Shown: positions 19,943 through 30,087 of the stretch, one piece after another
How positions within the stretch are numbered: the stretch's first letter is position 1
Layout: every line of letters starts with the position of its first letter
Assembly (NCBI GenBank): GCA_963805085.1
Contig: CAWDTA010000005.1
Location: forward strand, 288,001-352,000
Length of the DNA: 64,000 nt
Direction of reading: 5' to 3'
From: an uncultured Veillonellaceae bacterium
GTDB lineage: Bacteria; Bacillota; Negativicutes; JARBTT01
Program-made: the position numbers and the translations under genes
The notes under the pieces: model-generated
Database searches by the model: none
Told to the model about the DNA's origin: nothing
What the model saw: the letters and a program-made list of their open reading frames with translations, nothing else

Positions 19943-21403
19943 TTAAGATGTTATTTTAATCAATTCACCTATTAATTTCAAATTTTTTGTAGGATATTTT
20001 GGATTGCTGATTTTTTGCTTAAGGCAGCCAATGATTTCTAAAATGGCAAGACTTTGTTCTTGCTTATATAGGTTTTGATTACAATCTTTATTTTTATTGA
20101 TTTGCAACTCAAAATAGGATAGAAGTTTTTCGGTGGTAGCAACTCGTTGAATAGAACCTTCTAAGTAACTAGTGTATTTTTTCTCATCATCGGTTTGTTG
20201 TAGATCATCAATATTAGGAAATATTTTTCCATAGGAAGGTATAGTAGTTTTTTCTTGCCAAAAATCAACAGAAGAGTTAAAAATACGGGCTAGTTCCCAT
20301 AAACGTGTAGGATGTATTTTTAGAGGTCCCTTTTGCTTTTGTTGTGACACTGCTGCTGGTGTAATTCCCAGTACTTTTGCTATATTTCCTTGGGTTATAT
20401 CAAAAGTTGACATGAGAAAATCTAAATTTGTACGATCAGATGCTTGTATATTCAATAGATCTGTATCTTTGGATATCTTCATAATGGTCCTTAAATGAAG
20501 GTTTAATTTTGGTAGGGCGAGTGAGGGCGCTTGATTAGGCTCTTTATCTAATAAAGGATTAAACCAGGATTGGTAGTTGTTTATAATTAAACGCAATTTA
20601 TTGTATAAGAAATCACGATCATCTATTCGATAAGTTCCGGGAAAAGGAACGCTGAATTTTTTAATATCTGGTTGTAAGACTGGCGGAAGAGCCGAGTACA
20701 TATTGTTGTAAAGTAGAGTACGTTTTTTTATGATTTCATGAATTTTTGGAGCGTAATCATGAAGAGCTTTTTCATCTGCATAGGAAAGACAAAATAAAAT
20801 TTCCTCATTAAATGAAGGAGACAATGCATATTCGAAGGTGAGCAGTTCATTTTCTATTATTGACAAGATGGATTGTTTGGAATCTTCAAGACTGCAAATT
20901 TTATAATATGTTTCAGATGTAGATTCTGTATCTATTTGGATGGAGTCATCGTTTTCTATAGTTTTTTTTATATCCAAAATGTTGCAGATTTTAACGGCAG
21001 TTTCATATTGAGCTGGTTGAATATCAGATAATTTTTTCAGAATTTTTCTAATATCATAGAGCGTAGCACTTGAGTAATTAAGTTCATCTTGGCGGAGCTT
21101 TTCCTTTAATATAGAAAACAGTGTTTCTGTTGTAGTCGTATCGGGGAAGACAGCCAATTCCTCTAGTTGCTTAATGGCATTAAAAATGTTTTCTAGTGAA
21201 GCATCTCTATCATGGTAAAAATTTTTAAGATCGTTGGATTCAAATTCTCGTCCTAATAAAAATAATAAATTGTATTTCTTTTTAACAAGATTTTGGGTTA
21301 ACTTTTTATCGGGAACTGTAAATAAAACAAATTTTTGTCGCAAGCTTAAAGAGGTAGTTTCAGATTCTATCTTTTTTAAAACATCGGATAATATTTCGTC
21401 CAT
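19943..21403 (-). CDS. large hypothetical protein with C-terminal XRE-like HTH (possible element regulator)
   Basis: ITQGNIAKVLGITPAAVSQQK...LWELARIFNSSVDF. Divergent from the helicase-mob-int operon. ATG 21403 follows AAGGAG (track: 21475). Confidence 0.6.
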   Translation of the reverse strand: MDEILSDVLKKIESETTSLSLRQKFVLFTVPDKKLTQNLVKKKYNLLFLLGREFESNDLKNFYHDRDASLENIFNAIKQLEELAVFPDTTTTETLFSILKEKLRQDELNYSSATLYDIRKILKKLSDIQPAQYETAVKICNILDIKKTIENDDSIQIDTESTSETYYKICSLEDSKQSILSIIENELLTFEYALSPSFNEEILFCLSYADEKALHDYAPKIHEIIKKRTLLYNNMYSALPPVLQPDIKKFSVPFPGTYRIDDRDFLYNKLRLIINNYQSWFNPLLDKEPNQAPSLALPKLNLHLRTIMKISKDTDLLNIQASDRTNLDFLMSTFDITQGNIAKVLGITPAAVSQQKQKGPLKIHPTRLWELARIFNSSVDFWQEKTTIPSYGKIFPNIDDLQQTDDEKKYTSYLEGSIQRVATTEKLLSYFELQINKNKDCNQNLYKQEQSLAILEIIGCLKQKISNPKYPTKNLKLIGELIKITS

Positions 21404-21628
21404 TATGATAATTGCTCCTTCGTTAAGTAAAATTAAATTTAGTTTATCATCTATGCCAATTAAAAAGCAACCCATTAAAAACAGTAGAGTAGCAGTATGT
21501 TAAGCGAAATTAAGGTAATAATTAGGCTTAAAAATAAGGCGAAAAAGCTTTTGGATTTCTAAGAATTGCCGTATATTGTGCTTGTTAACAAAAAACAACT
21601 CCCGGGAGCTTTAATGGAGTGATGATCT

Positions 21629-23008
21629 TTGAAAAATTATGAAGAAATACAGAATATCGTACGCAGAACATGTTGGGACGAGGATTCATTTAAACTAGAG
21701 CAGTTTGTTGAGGTTCTTGTAGGTAGTGGAGACTTTATTACCAACAGACAGCAGCTTTATTGGTACGACTCTGAAAAAGGATATTTCAGAAATGTAACAA
21801 GGGAATTACCGCATCGCAGTTTGAGGCAGTATATTCCAGATGATTTGCAGTCCAAAGTATTAGTCCGTAACATGAAAGCAGTTACGGATAACCTGATGGA
21901 TCAGCCATCTATTTATAAAGAGCTAAAATCAAATCCAATGCATGTCAATTTTTTAAACGGTACATTGGATTTGAAAGAAGGAATCTTGATGAAACATACT
22001 GCTGATTATATGTTTGATTATGTTTTGAACTGTGAATATCAAGAAAATTCCAGTCTGGCACAGGCACCAGAATTTTCGAAATACTTGTTGAAGTCATTCA
22101 ACGTGCGGAATGTGGAAGCAGCTGAAGTTAAGTTACTAATGGAAATTATAGGATATGTGATTTCAGATTGCACCAAGGCCAAGAAATTTTTCCTGTGCTA
22201 TGGACCTAGTAACTGCGGTAAATCAACTTTTTTACATTTGGTTGAAGATATGGTTGGGGAAGAAAACGTATCTTCGATTGGCTTAGAAGATATGAATGAT
22301 AAATTTCGTTGTCGGGATATAGTAAAGGCTAGGCTTAATCTACTTCATGAGACAACGACGAAGTCGATCACCAAAGTAGATGTACTGAAACGAGTAGTTG
22401 GTCATGAAAAGTTAGAGGTAGAAGCCAAAGGGATTCAGCCATGGTCTGCAAAGGCTAAAGCAAAAATTTTAATGGCTGTTAATTCCCTGCCACAATTTGT
22501 TGCTGGGGCGGCTAACAATTCACTGATTAATCGAATGGTCATTTTAAAATGGCATGATAAAGAGCTAGATCCAGTAGAGATGAATCGCGATTTGTTAGAT
22601 ATTCTGATTGGTGAGAAAAACATTATTGCATCGGTTGCAATGAAGGAACTCTCACGTCTGATAATCAATCAGTTTAGCTTTACCATACCGGAAAAAAGTA
22701 CCAAGCTTTTAGATGTTTATAGGGACAATCTTAACAGTATAGGCAAATTCATTAATGATTCTTGTATTATCAAAGCAGACGGGAAGATATTTTTGCGAGA
22801 TATCTATAAAGAATATCAGTGCTTTTCTGAAGATAATGGTTTGCATACTATGGAAAAACCGGCTTTTAAGATGACAATATCAACATTGGAGCAGGTTGGC
22901 TTTAAAAAATTGCGAATTGGCAATAAGACTGGTGCTGGATTTGTCGGTATTAGCCTTAAAACTCTTGAGGAACGTGAGAATCAAGAGCAGAGGGAGAGCG
23001 TCAAATGA
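21629..23008 (+). CDS. P4/D5-family SF3 helicase (D5_N + ATPase), no primase domain seen
   Basis: VNFLNGTLDL, Walker A YGPSNCGKST, MAVNSLP and C-terminal winged-helix-like region. Confidence 0.8.
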   Translation: MKNYEEIQNIVRRTCWDEDSFKLEQFVEVLVGSGDFITNRQQLYWYDSEKGYFRNVTRELPHRSLRQYIPDDLQSKVLVRNMKAVTDNLMDQPSIYKELKSNPMHVNFLNGTLDLKEGILMKHTADYMFDYVLNCEYQENSSLAQAPEFSKYLLKSFNVRNVEAAEVKLLMEIIGYVISDCTKAKKFFLCYGPSNCGKSTFLHLVEDMVGEENVSSIGLEDMNDKFRCRDIVKARLNLLHETTTKSITKVDVLKRVVGHEKLEVEAKGIQPWSAKAKAKILMAVNSLPQFVAGAANNSLINRMVILKWHDKELDPVEMNRDLLDILIGEKNIIASVAMKELSRLIINQFSFTIPEKSTKLLDVYRDNLNSIGKFINDSCIIKADGKIFLRDIYKEYQCFSEDNGLHTMEKPAFKMTISTLEQVGFKKLRIGNKTGAGFVGISLKTLEERENQEQRESVK

Positions 23009-23292
23009 GTTTAGTAGTAATTCCTTTTAAAGGAACTGATGACCTGCGTTCAAAAATTGATGCATTTGTAGCAATAAATTTTAATGGTAATCGATCAGAA
23101 TTTTTGCGTGTTGCTACTGAACAGTATATTGATTCGGCTGCGGGGAAAAAAGCAAGTATGCCTGCCCCTTTTATAGAGGCACTCGATTTTGTGTTAGAAC
23201 TGTTAAAGACGGACACGGCATCCGAACAGTCTTGGATATTATTGCGGCAGGAGGTAACAAGAATATGGAATATGATAAACCATTCAGTGTAA
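23005..23292 (+). CDS. ribbon-helix-helix protein (MobC/CopG-like relaxosome accessory)
   Basis: VVIPFK..DLRSKID..NRSEFLRVA RHH pattern directly upstream of the relaxase. Confidence 0.6.
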   Translation: MSLVVIPFKGTDDLRSKIDAFVAINFNGNRSEFLRVATEQYIDSAAGKKASMPAPFIEALDFVLELLKTDTASEQSWILLRQEVTRIWNMINHSV

Positions 23293-23966
23293 TGCGTTGG
23301 ATTAATTACAAAACAGCAGATCTCAAAGCATTTGAGAAGTCGGCACAATATATTCTGAACCCTAAAAGTGCACCAGAAGCTTATCAACGGGGTTATAAAA
23401 TATCAACTTCCGATCCAAGGCGGAGTATGGAAATAATAGAGAAACGTTGGAAGCCACGGGGCGATAGAAATTTTAAGCATGGCGTATTTTCCTTCGGAAT
23501 GCCAGATCTTGATGCAAAACATGCATTAGCAGTCACAGATGAGATAATGAAAATTTATTATCCAGAGTACCCAATTCTTTATGCAGTTCATACTAACATT
23601 CCAAGGAGAATTCATGCTCACTTTGTTATGGGAATGACGAACGTTTACACAGGAAAAAAATTTGAGCAAGATATGGCTGAGTTCAATCGGTTTCGTGATC
23701 ATTACAACAAGACGCTCGTGCGAAATGGAATGATGCCACTAAAGGGGCATCATTCTACTAATCAAGATTGTTCTGATACAAAATGTGCAATTAAATCACA
23801 TATGGATGAATTTGACTCTTTTGATTATCGGCAAGATTACAGCGGATTTGTGCCGTCAGTTTATCGACCAATAGTAGCGCAACAAGATTTTAATTTGCAT
23901 AGATTTTTTGATCAACAAATGGAGCATTTTATGAAATTTTACAATTTAGGAAGAGGTGGCTTTTAG
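23265..23966 (+). CDS. short MOBP-type relaxase
   Basis: QYILNPK (putative catalytic Tyr), HGVFSF and AVHTNIPRRIHAHFV (3H motif); ATG 23265 after AGGAGG. Confidence 0.8.
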   Translation: MEYDKPFSVMRWINYKTADLKAFEKSAQYILNPKSAPEAYQRGYKISTSDPRRSMEIIEKRWKPRGDRNFKHGVFSFGMPDLDAKHALAVTDEIMKIYYPEYPILYAVHTNIPRRIHAHFVMGMTNVYTGKKFEQDMAEFNRFRDHYNKTLVRNGMMPLKGHHSTNQDCSDTKCAIKSHMDEFDSFDYRQDYSGFVPSVYRPIVAQQDFNLHRFFDQQMEHFMKFYNLGRGGF

Positions 23967-24457
23967 TGGATTATGAAAATAATTATTTTATGCCTAATGG
24001 ATGGGAAAATCAATCAGGAAATTGGTTGTTACCAAATTCTAACGTAAAATATAATGTTGTAGTTAATCTTGAAGGTATCATGCAACAACATACACAAGCA
24101 ATGCTAGTAGCTTTTCAGATGGGAAGAGAAGCAAGGATATTGGCTGAACGGCAAGTGCAAACTGAAATCAGTGAACAGCAATATATGCCAAAGGTATCAG
24201 GGGTACAGCAAGTGGAAAGCCCTTGTGAGTGTTATGTCGGAGTCTATGATCGTTGGGCATATGGGATTTATTCGGATCAACTGGCACTTGATAGATCACA
24301 ACAATATTGGGATCTATCTACCCAGCAAACGCAAAATTTTAAAACATATGAACAAGCATTGGATTATGCACGTAATGGTACAGCAAGACTAAGACAATTA
24401 GATGCAAGTATGCTACCAGATATGCAATATTCAGTAAATTGGCGGCAAAAAATATAA
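23966..24457 (+). CDS. hypothetical protein
   Basis: 163-aa ORF translationally coupled within the mob-xis-int operon. Confidence 0.6.
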   Translation: MDYENNYFMPNGWENQSGNWLLPNSNVKYNVVVNLEGIMQQHTQAMLVAFQMGREARILAERQVQTEISEQQYMPKVSGVQQVESPCECYVGVYDRWAYGIYSDQLALDRSQQYWDLSTQQTQNFKTYEQALDYARNGTARLRQLDASMLPDMQYSVNWRQKI

Positions 24458-24480
24458 TCGTTTTATGGGGGCGAGACAAT

Positions 24481-24654
24481 ATGGTACAAGAAAAGCTATA
24501 TACAGTTGCTGAGGTGTTGAATATCATCCCAGTTTCACGTAGTGGTTTATATGCTGCATTAAAACGTGGCGAGATAGCATCTGTTGGAGTTGGGCGAAGA
24601 GTGCTTATTCCTTCATGGGCTATAGAAAAATTAACTAAAGCACCAAGCATGTAA
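24481..24654 (+). CDS. excisionase (HTH_17)
   Basis: LYTVAEVLNIIPVSRSGLYAALKRGEI..VGRRVLIP directly upstream of the integrase. Confidence 0.85.
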   Translation: MVQEKLYTVAEVLNIIPVSRSGLYAALKRGEIASVGVGRRVLIPSWAIEKLTKAPSM

Positions 24655-24729
24655 TAGAGTAATTTGTAGAGGCAGGGATTATAAAATCCCTGCCTCGTTA
24701 TATTAAAAGCTAAGAATGGAGGAAATAAG

Positions 24730-25932
24730 ATGGCAAAACGTAGTAATGGTGAAGGTACTGCTTATTATGATAAAAATCGTCAGCGATGGGAAGCTCAAGC
24801 AACATATAAAGATGCTGACGGTAATGTTAAACGTAAAAAATTTACGGCTAAAACTCAACGTGAAGTTAACAAGAAAAAATCAGAATGGCAAAAAAATTTA
24901 AATGATGGCTTACTACCGGAAGCGGATAAGTTAACTGTTGGTATGTGGGTTGAAAGATGGTTAGAGGATTTCGTAAAACCATCTGTTAGAATTAAAACAT
25001 ATGAAAAATATTATGCTTGTATGAAATATATTAGAGCTAAATTTGAAGATGTATTAATTACTAAGATATCTGTACCTGATGTACAACGTTTATTTAATGA
25101 GTTGATTATTTCAGGCGGTGAGAATAATCAAGGGCTCTCTTCATCTACAGTACGTGGTATAAGACGGTATTTTATTGCTTGTTTAGAAAAAGCAGTTAAA
25201 CTTGGCTTTTTAGTAAAAAATCCTGCAAAGTTAACAGATCCACCGAGATTAACTAAAAATGAGATTCATCCCTTAAATAAAGAACAAGCAAAATTTTTAT
25301 TAGATACTGCTAGAAATGCTGCAAAAATAGGTCTGGAAAATAGACGGAAAAATGCTGAAATGTCCGAGTGTGATGTGTACATTGGTGTATACATTGCTTT
25401 ATCAACAGGTATGCGGTTAGGAGAAGTTTTGGGCTTAAAGTGGGATGATATTTATTTTGACCGTAATATAATTACAGTAAGGCGTTCGAGAGTAGCTACT
25501 AGTCATGGAGTCAGCATCGAAGAACCCAAAACAGGTGTTGCCCGCAAAATTCCTATCCATGACGACTTAACTAAAGCATTAAAGAAGCACCAGAAGTATC
25601 AAGCGTGGCATAAAGCTATTCTGGGCGACAAATATGAAGAAAGTGGTTGGGTGATTGCCGGTTCTTTTGGTAGAAATTATTATCCGAAGCATTTTTCATA
25701 TAGAAAATATAAAAAGTTATTAGAAGCGGCTGGAATAGATAAAACTTTTACATTTCATGACTTACGTCATACTCACGCTAGCTTGCTTTTACTTGATGGG
25801 ATTAATCCTAAAATTGTACAAGAGCGATTGGGGCATTCAAGTATAGAAATGACACTTGATACATATTCGCATTTATTACCGGATACTCAAGATGTAGCAG
25901 TTAAAGCTGTATCGACATTTTTAGTAGGATAA
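24730..25932 (+). CDS. tyrosine integrase (ICEBs1/phage-like)
   Basis: N-terminal arm-binding KRSNGEG; catalytic TGMRLGE, FHDLRHTHAS and LGHSSIEMTLDTYSH. Confidence 0.95.
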   Translation: MAKRSNGEGTAYYDKNRQRWEAQATYKDADGNVKRKKFTAKTQREVNKKKSEWQKNLNDGLLPEADKLTVGMWVERWLEDFVKPSVRIKTYEKYYACMKYIRAKFEDVLITKISVPDVQRLFNELIISGGENNQGLSSSTVRGIRRYFIACLEKAVKLGFLVKNPAKLTDPPRLTKNEIHPLNKEQAKFLLDTARNAAKIGLENRRKNAEMSECDVYIGVYIALSTGMRLGEVLGLKWDDIYFDRNIITVRRSRVATSHGVSIEEPKTGVARKIPIHDDLTKALKKHQKYQAWHKAILGDKYEESGWVIAGSFGRNYYPKHFSYRKYKKLLEAAGIDKTFTFHDLRHTHASLLLLDGINPKIVQERLGHSSIEMTLDTYSHLLPDTQDVAVKAVSTFLVG

Positions 25933-26607
25933 TGTTAATAGTTAGTGGGGACTCATCCGTTTTAAACGTGAATGAGTCTTATTTTTTCTAAAAATGAAAT
26001 TTACTGTTGATTGTCGAATTTGGGATTAGTGTTTCAGTATAGATATAATTAAGCATGGTGTGTTTAATTATATCTATATTAGATGAGATTTTTTGTTCCT
26101 AAGCTATAGCTGGATTATGTTATATTTAAGAGAGAACGTTGGTTAATTACATTAAATGATAAATTAGCATTTAATTCGACAAAACTTGCAAATAATACAT
26201 GATATTATAAAAAAATATGGCATTATTTATATTGTATATGATGGATATGAAGAAGATGGGGTCAATTGAAAAGGTGTTTGACAACTATTCTTATGGTGTA
26301 TTTGTCTTGGTATTTGCGGTGTCAACTCTTTGTATACTAAAGGCTTAGGCGTACGCCCAATATCTCAATGGGGATACCAATTATGTGTTTTTATATAGTT
26401 TGGTGTTACAAAGTATTGGGACAAGAGTTCGGTAGTTGTTAAGGAAAACAATAAAATGATCATGAGTTTACAGAAAAGTTGTGAATCTTGTCATTCTATT
26501 TGTAATTTTGAAAGGACTTTTTCTTTATTATGATAAACATCTAATACTACAGACGAAAAAATGAATGATTATTTTACTTTATGATAAGCGATTGGAGTGG
26601 GTGGTTC

Positions 26608-28395
26608 ATGAGTATTCAGCTTAAAGACCTCGTTAATGATCAAGAATTCATAGATAGGATGAATCAAGCATTTGCTGATTTGAGAGCTGACTATGAGTTA
26701 AGTCTAGATACTAGTAAGAAAAAGATTACAGAGCTTCAACAAGTTCATGTGGATTATAAAAGTAATTTATCTGATTTAATTTCATACTCAATAAAGTCTA
26801 GTGGTGTAGTTACTGGGTTAAGAGGCACTGGTAAAACGCACTTGTTCTTACTTGCGAGGGAAGCGATAAACCAAGATATTCAAAAAAATGGAGCAATAGC
26901 ATTATATTTAAACGTTAAAAGGCTTCACATTCCACAAGGATATGATCAAGAAATATTTAACAGAGTTTTTAGCATATTCTTATATGATGAGTTTTCTAAA
27001 CAATTGATTGGCTTATTGGAAGAACTAAGTAGCGGAACAATTTTAGACAAAATATTACAATTGTTTAACAACGATAAGCGTGACTTGATAAAAGCGATAG
27101 GTGAAGCTATTGCTCGGCTTGCTGTATTTTCTAGTGTTGTTCATGAGGGGAGCCAAAAAATAACAAACTTAGATAAGGGAACGCAGTCTGAGGAAGAGAC
27201 AACGAAGGCGTTGATAAAGCTTCATAATGATTTAGTCGCTAAAATAGGGCTGAAGACTACTGAAGTTACTAATAATATCTCTGTAGAATATCTAGATGAA
27301 CTAACTAGCAAAGTATCGACCAATAACACATATGTTAGTTATCTGAATATCCAAGACGTAAGAAATCAGCTGATTAACGTGTTGAAAATATTAAAGCTAT
27401 CTTCAATAACTTTCTATGTAGATGAGTGGGAAAAGTTGTATTATGATCCTAAACTTCAGCAATATTTAGCTTTTTATATTGATCGAATCATAGACACACC
27501 ATTTTACTTTTGGATAGGCGTAGTTCCTCAACGTGGGAAATTGTATAACCTTGAAAATGGATCTGATTTACAACATTACATAAATTTAGACGAAGGTTTA
27601 GTGTATGAGAATTCTAAGCAAGAAAAGTCAAATTGCATAGTGTATTTTAAGAATTTTGTTAATAAAAGGCTACTGTATTATTTTAATGATTCTGAATATG
27701 AATTGTCGATTTTATTCAATAACGATAAAAACTTTGAGTTATTAGTTTTAGCTAGCATGGGTAATTCCAGAGATTTTGGTACGATGTTACTGCATTGTTG
27801 GTCTGAGTATAAGTCGTATAGAACTAATAATCTTATGCCCGGTCGTCCTTATCAGTACATCAGTCATCCTATGATCATAGATGCAATAAAAAATAATGGG
27901 GATAAGAAGTTTAGTAATATAAAAGATGACGCTATATTATTAAAGATATGGAAGGATGTTGAAAATTATTGTATTTCTAAAAAATCTAGTCATTTTGCCA
28001 TTGAAGAGACGAAAGAAAATCTAGAAATTTTATCTTCAAAAGGCTTTTCTGAATTGAGTTATCACCGACTTTTGCATTTTAGAAAAGGACATGTTCCTGC
28101 TAAAGATGCTGATATGCTTAATAAGCTTTCAATTTATGCGCTTAACTATGCTGGTATTTATGATTTACACGCAAAGAATAGGAAGCTGAAGTTTGTTGTT
28201 GAATATGATACTATTCATGATAAGGTTAGAAGGTATATATATAACCCAAAAGCAATCATAGAAAGTATTAAGATTAAGGCGGGGGAAATATTTCCTTGCA
28301 AGAGCTGTGATGAGAATATATATCCTGAAAAAATGATATCTGCTTGGGAGAAGAATTCCTGCCCTTTTTGTGGCGGAAACATTTACAACAAGTAA
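26608..28395 (+). CDS. P-loop ATPase (STAND/ORC-CDC6-like) with C-terminal Zn ribbon; candidate defence gene
   Basis: Walker A GLRGTGKT, Walker B FYVDEW, GNSRD motif and CKSC...CPFC. Start is 26608 or 26581. Confidence 0.7.
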   Translation: MSIQLKDLVNDQEFIDRMNQAFADLRADYELSLDTSKKKITELQQVHVDYKSNLSDLISYSIKSSGVVTGLRGTGKTHLFLLAREAINQDIQKNGAIALYLNVKRLHIPQGYDQEIFNRVFSIFLYDEFSKQLIGLLEELSSGTILDKILQLFNNDKRDLIKAIGEAIARLAVFSSVVHEGSQKITNLDKGTQSEEETTKALIKLHNDLVAKIGLKTTEVTNNISVEYLDELTSKVSTNNTYVSYLNIQDVRNQLINVLKILKLSSITFYVDEWEKLYYDPKLQQYLAFYIDRIIDTPFYFWIGVVPQRGKLYNLENGSDLQHYINLDEGLVYENSKQEKSNCIVYFKNFVNKRLLYYFNDSEYELSILFNNDKNFELLVLASMGNSRDFGTMLLHCWSEYKSYRTNNLMPGRPYQYISHPMIIDAIKNNGDKKFSNIKDDAILLKIWKDVENYCISKKSSHFAIEETKENLEILSSKGFSELSYHRLLHFRKGHVPAKDADMLNKLSIYALNYAGIYDLHAKNRKLKFVVEYDTIHDKVRRYIYNPKAIIESIKIKAGEIFPCKSCDENIYPEKMISAWEKNSCPFCGGNIYNK

Positions 28396-28536
28396 AGTAA
28401 TATTCAAACATTGGGAAAATATCAAGCGATTATATGAATTTATGAATTTTTTTAATGACTTATATAAAATAAAGAAAGAACAGAACGTTACCAATATTGA
28501 AGTATTGAGCTGCTGGTAAGAGTTTAACAAAAACAG

Positions 28537-28557
28537 GGGGGGCAACAAGGGGGGCAA
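28537..28557 (+). repeat. paired GGGGGGCAA repeats (putative integrase arm sites, right end)
   Basis: Same motif and 12-bp spacing as 9649-9669. Confidence 0.7.
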
Positions 28558-28692
28558 TGGACTCAGATGAGTGAGAGAATATGTTGTAAAACTGAATGAA
28601 AATAGTGGACGAATAGGAAGAAAAGGTTCTAGAAGTACTGTAGTTATTGGACGTAAATTATCTTAAAAACAGCAAAAAAAGCCATTTGATGT

Positions 28693-28737
28693 CCTCCGAA
28701 GCCAGGGGCGTAGGTTCGATTCCTACCAGGCGCACCA
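28693..28737 (+). repeat. att site: duplicated 3' 45 bp of tRNA-Arg(CCG)
   Basis: cctccgAagccaggggcgtaggttcgattcctaccaggcgcacca, followed by a terminator at 28749-28781. Confidence 0.93.
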
Positions 28738-29390
28738 TAAGAAATTCAAGCCTTCTAGCGATTTTGCTAGAAGGCTTTTTTGATGGATTGTAAATCTTAT
28801 CTTGGGCTAAATGGTTATCAAATTCGAAGTAAGGGAAGTATTCATAGGTATCTTAGAATCATGATCATCAATTATACGTATTGTGCAAATTATATTCAAA
28901 TGGATCTTATCACTTTAATGCCTGATTTAAAAAAGAAAAAATCATTTTGATTTACGGGGCTGTCCCAAATGGTCAACCGATTGAGAAAATTTTTGAGTAC
29001 TTGAAAATAGTGTAATAAAATCCCCCACTATTTAACTGTAAAATTATTGAAGTAATAATACATTATTATAGTATATTATATTTTATGGAGAAATTAGGTA
29101 TGTATATTGAAGTTTATTCAGAGGATACAGAAAATTTGATTGGAATTAGTCGTATTGAATCTGCTATTTCGTATATGATCATGGTAATAAAAGATTGTTA
29201 GGAGTTGGTTGATAATTATGATTCTAATTACAGTTATAGAAACTATTTACATATAAATAGTTGATTATGTTGTGAAAGAAATGAAGTTGGATAAAAGTTT
29301 AATTCATATTGTGGATTGAATCATGTGAAGAATGGGGTTAGGTTTGATAGGAGGTCTTAATTTTATTTGGAATAATATATTTAGATTTTT

Positions 29391-29619
29391 TACGACAATG
29401 CCGTAATCGAATCATTTTATCGCACATTAAAAAGCGGGCTTGTTCAGGATGATTCTTATGATAATCCGGAGCAAGCTCGCATGGAAATATTTAAATATAT
29501 TGAGACTTATTATAATACTAAACGCATACATTCGCATTGGAGTGGCTCAGTTTAGAGTAGTTTAAATTACAAAATTGTCAAAATTCTTAATTTTATGTCT
29601 ATTTTTCTTGAACTTTCCA
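29391..29619 (+). mobile_element. IS3-family remnant (OrfB C-terminus and right end)
   Basis: Translates YDNAVIESFYRTLK...IFKYIETYYNTKRIHS; ends ...ttcttgaactttcca. Confidence 0.75.
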
Positions 29620-29624
29620 GTTTA

Positions 29625-30035
29625 TTACGAGAGATTCTTAATCATAGCAGAGATCACGCGTGAAAATAATTTCTGGTCATTTGGGGCAACTTGGTTAAAG
29701 AGTTGTTGTGTAAGGTGTTCGATGGATTCTTCAATCTGTTGATGTAAAGCTAAACTTTTTTTTGTAAGTAGGATTTTTTTATAACGGTGATCCGCGTCAA
29801 AAGGGGCGGTGGTAATGAGATTTTTTCGTTTCAGGCGATTAAGGATGCTGCTGATGGTTGGATGTGTAAGACCGAGAGTATGTTCGACATCTTTTTGGCA
29901 AATATCCTTTTTTTGGTTTCGAGCGAGATAACCGATAACACTTGCCTGTGCATAGGTCAAATCGAGTGGCTCCATATTGCGATTGAGAGCACGTTCGATT
30001 GCGGTATTGAGTATTTTGATATCCATTAAATTCAT
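29625..30035 (-). CDS. MarR-family regulator
   Basis: LTYAQ, QKDVEHTLGLTHPTISSILNRL and DHRYK; promoter TTGACA-N17-TACAAT at 30094-30066. Confidence 0.9.
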   Translation of the reverse strand: MNLMDIKILNTAIERALNRNMEPLDLTYAQASVIGYLARNQKKDICQKDVEHTLGLTHPTISSILNRLKRKNLITTAPFDADHRYKKILLTKKSLALHQQIEESIEHLTQQLFNQVAPNDQKLFSRVISAMIKNLS

Positions 30036-30087
30036 GATAATCTCCTTATACGTTGTTTGCGACTTATTGTATCGAAGATCAAGTTAT

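Larger units (their letters stand above)
9534..28737. mobile_element. ~19.2 kb integrative mobilizable element (IME) in tRNA-Arg(CCG)
   Basis: 45-bp direct repeat 9534-9578 / 28693-28737 with one mismatch. Contains tyrosine integrase, xis, relaxase, RHH and SF3 helicase genes; no T4SS or phage structural genes. Confidence 0.88.

Noticed and set aside
9534-28737. Prophage or self-transmissible ICE
   Set aside because: No capsid, terminase, tail or lysis genes, and no VirB4/VirD4-like genes.
28956-29060. IS1182-like left end (ggggctgtcccaaa...)
   Set aside because: Resemblance from memory only; no transposase or matching right end.
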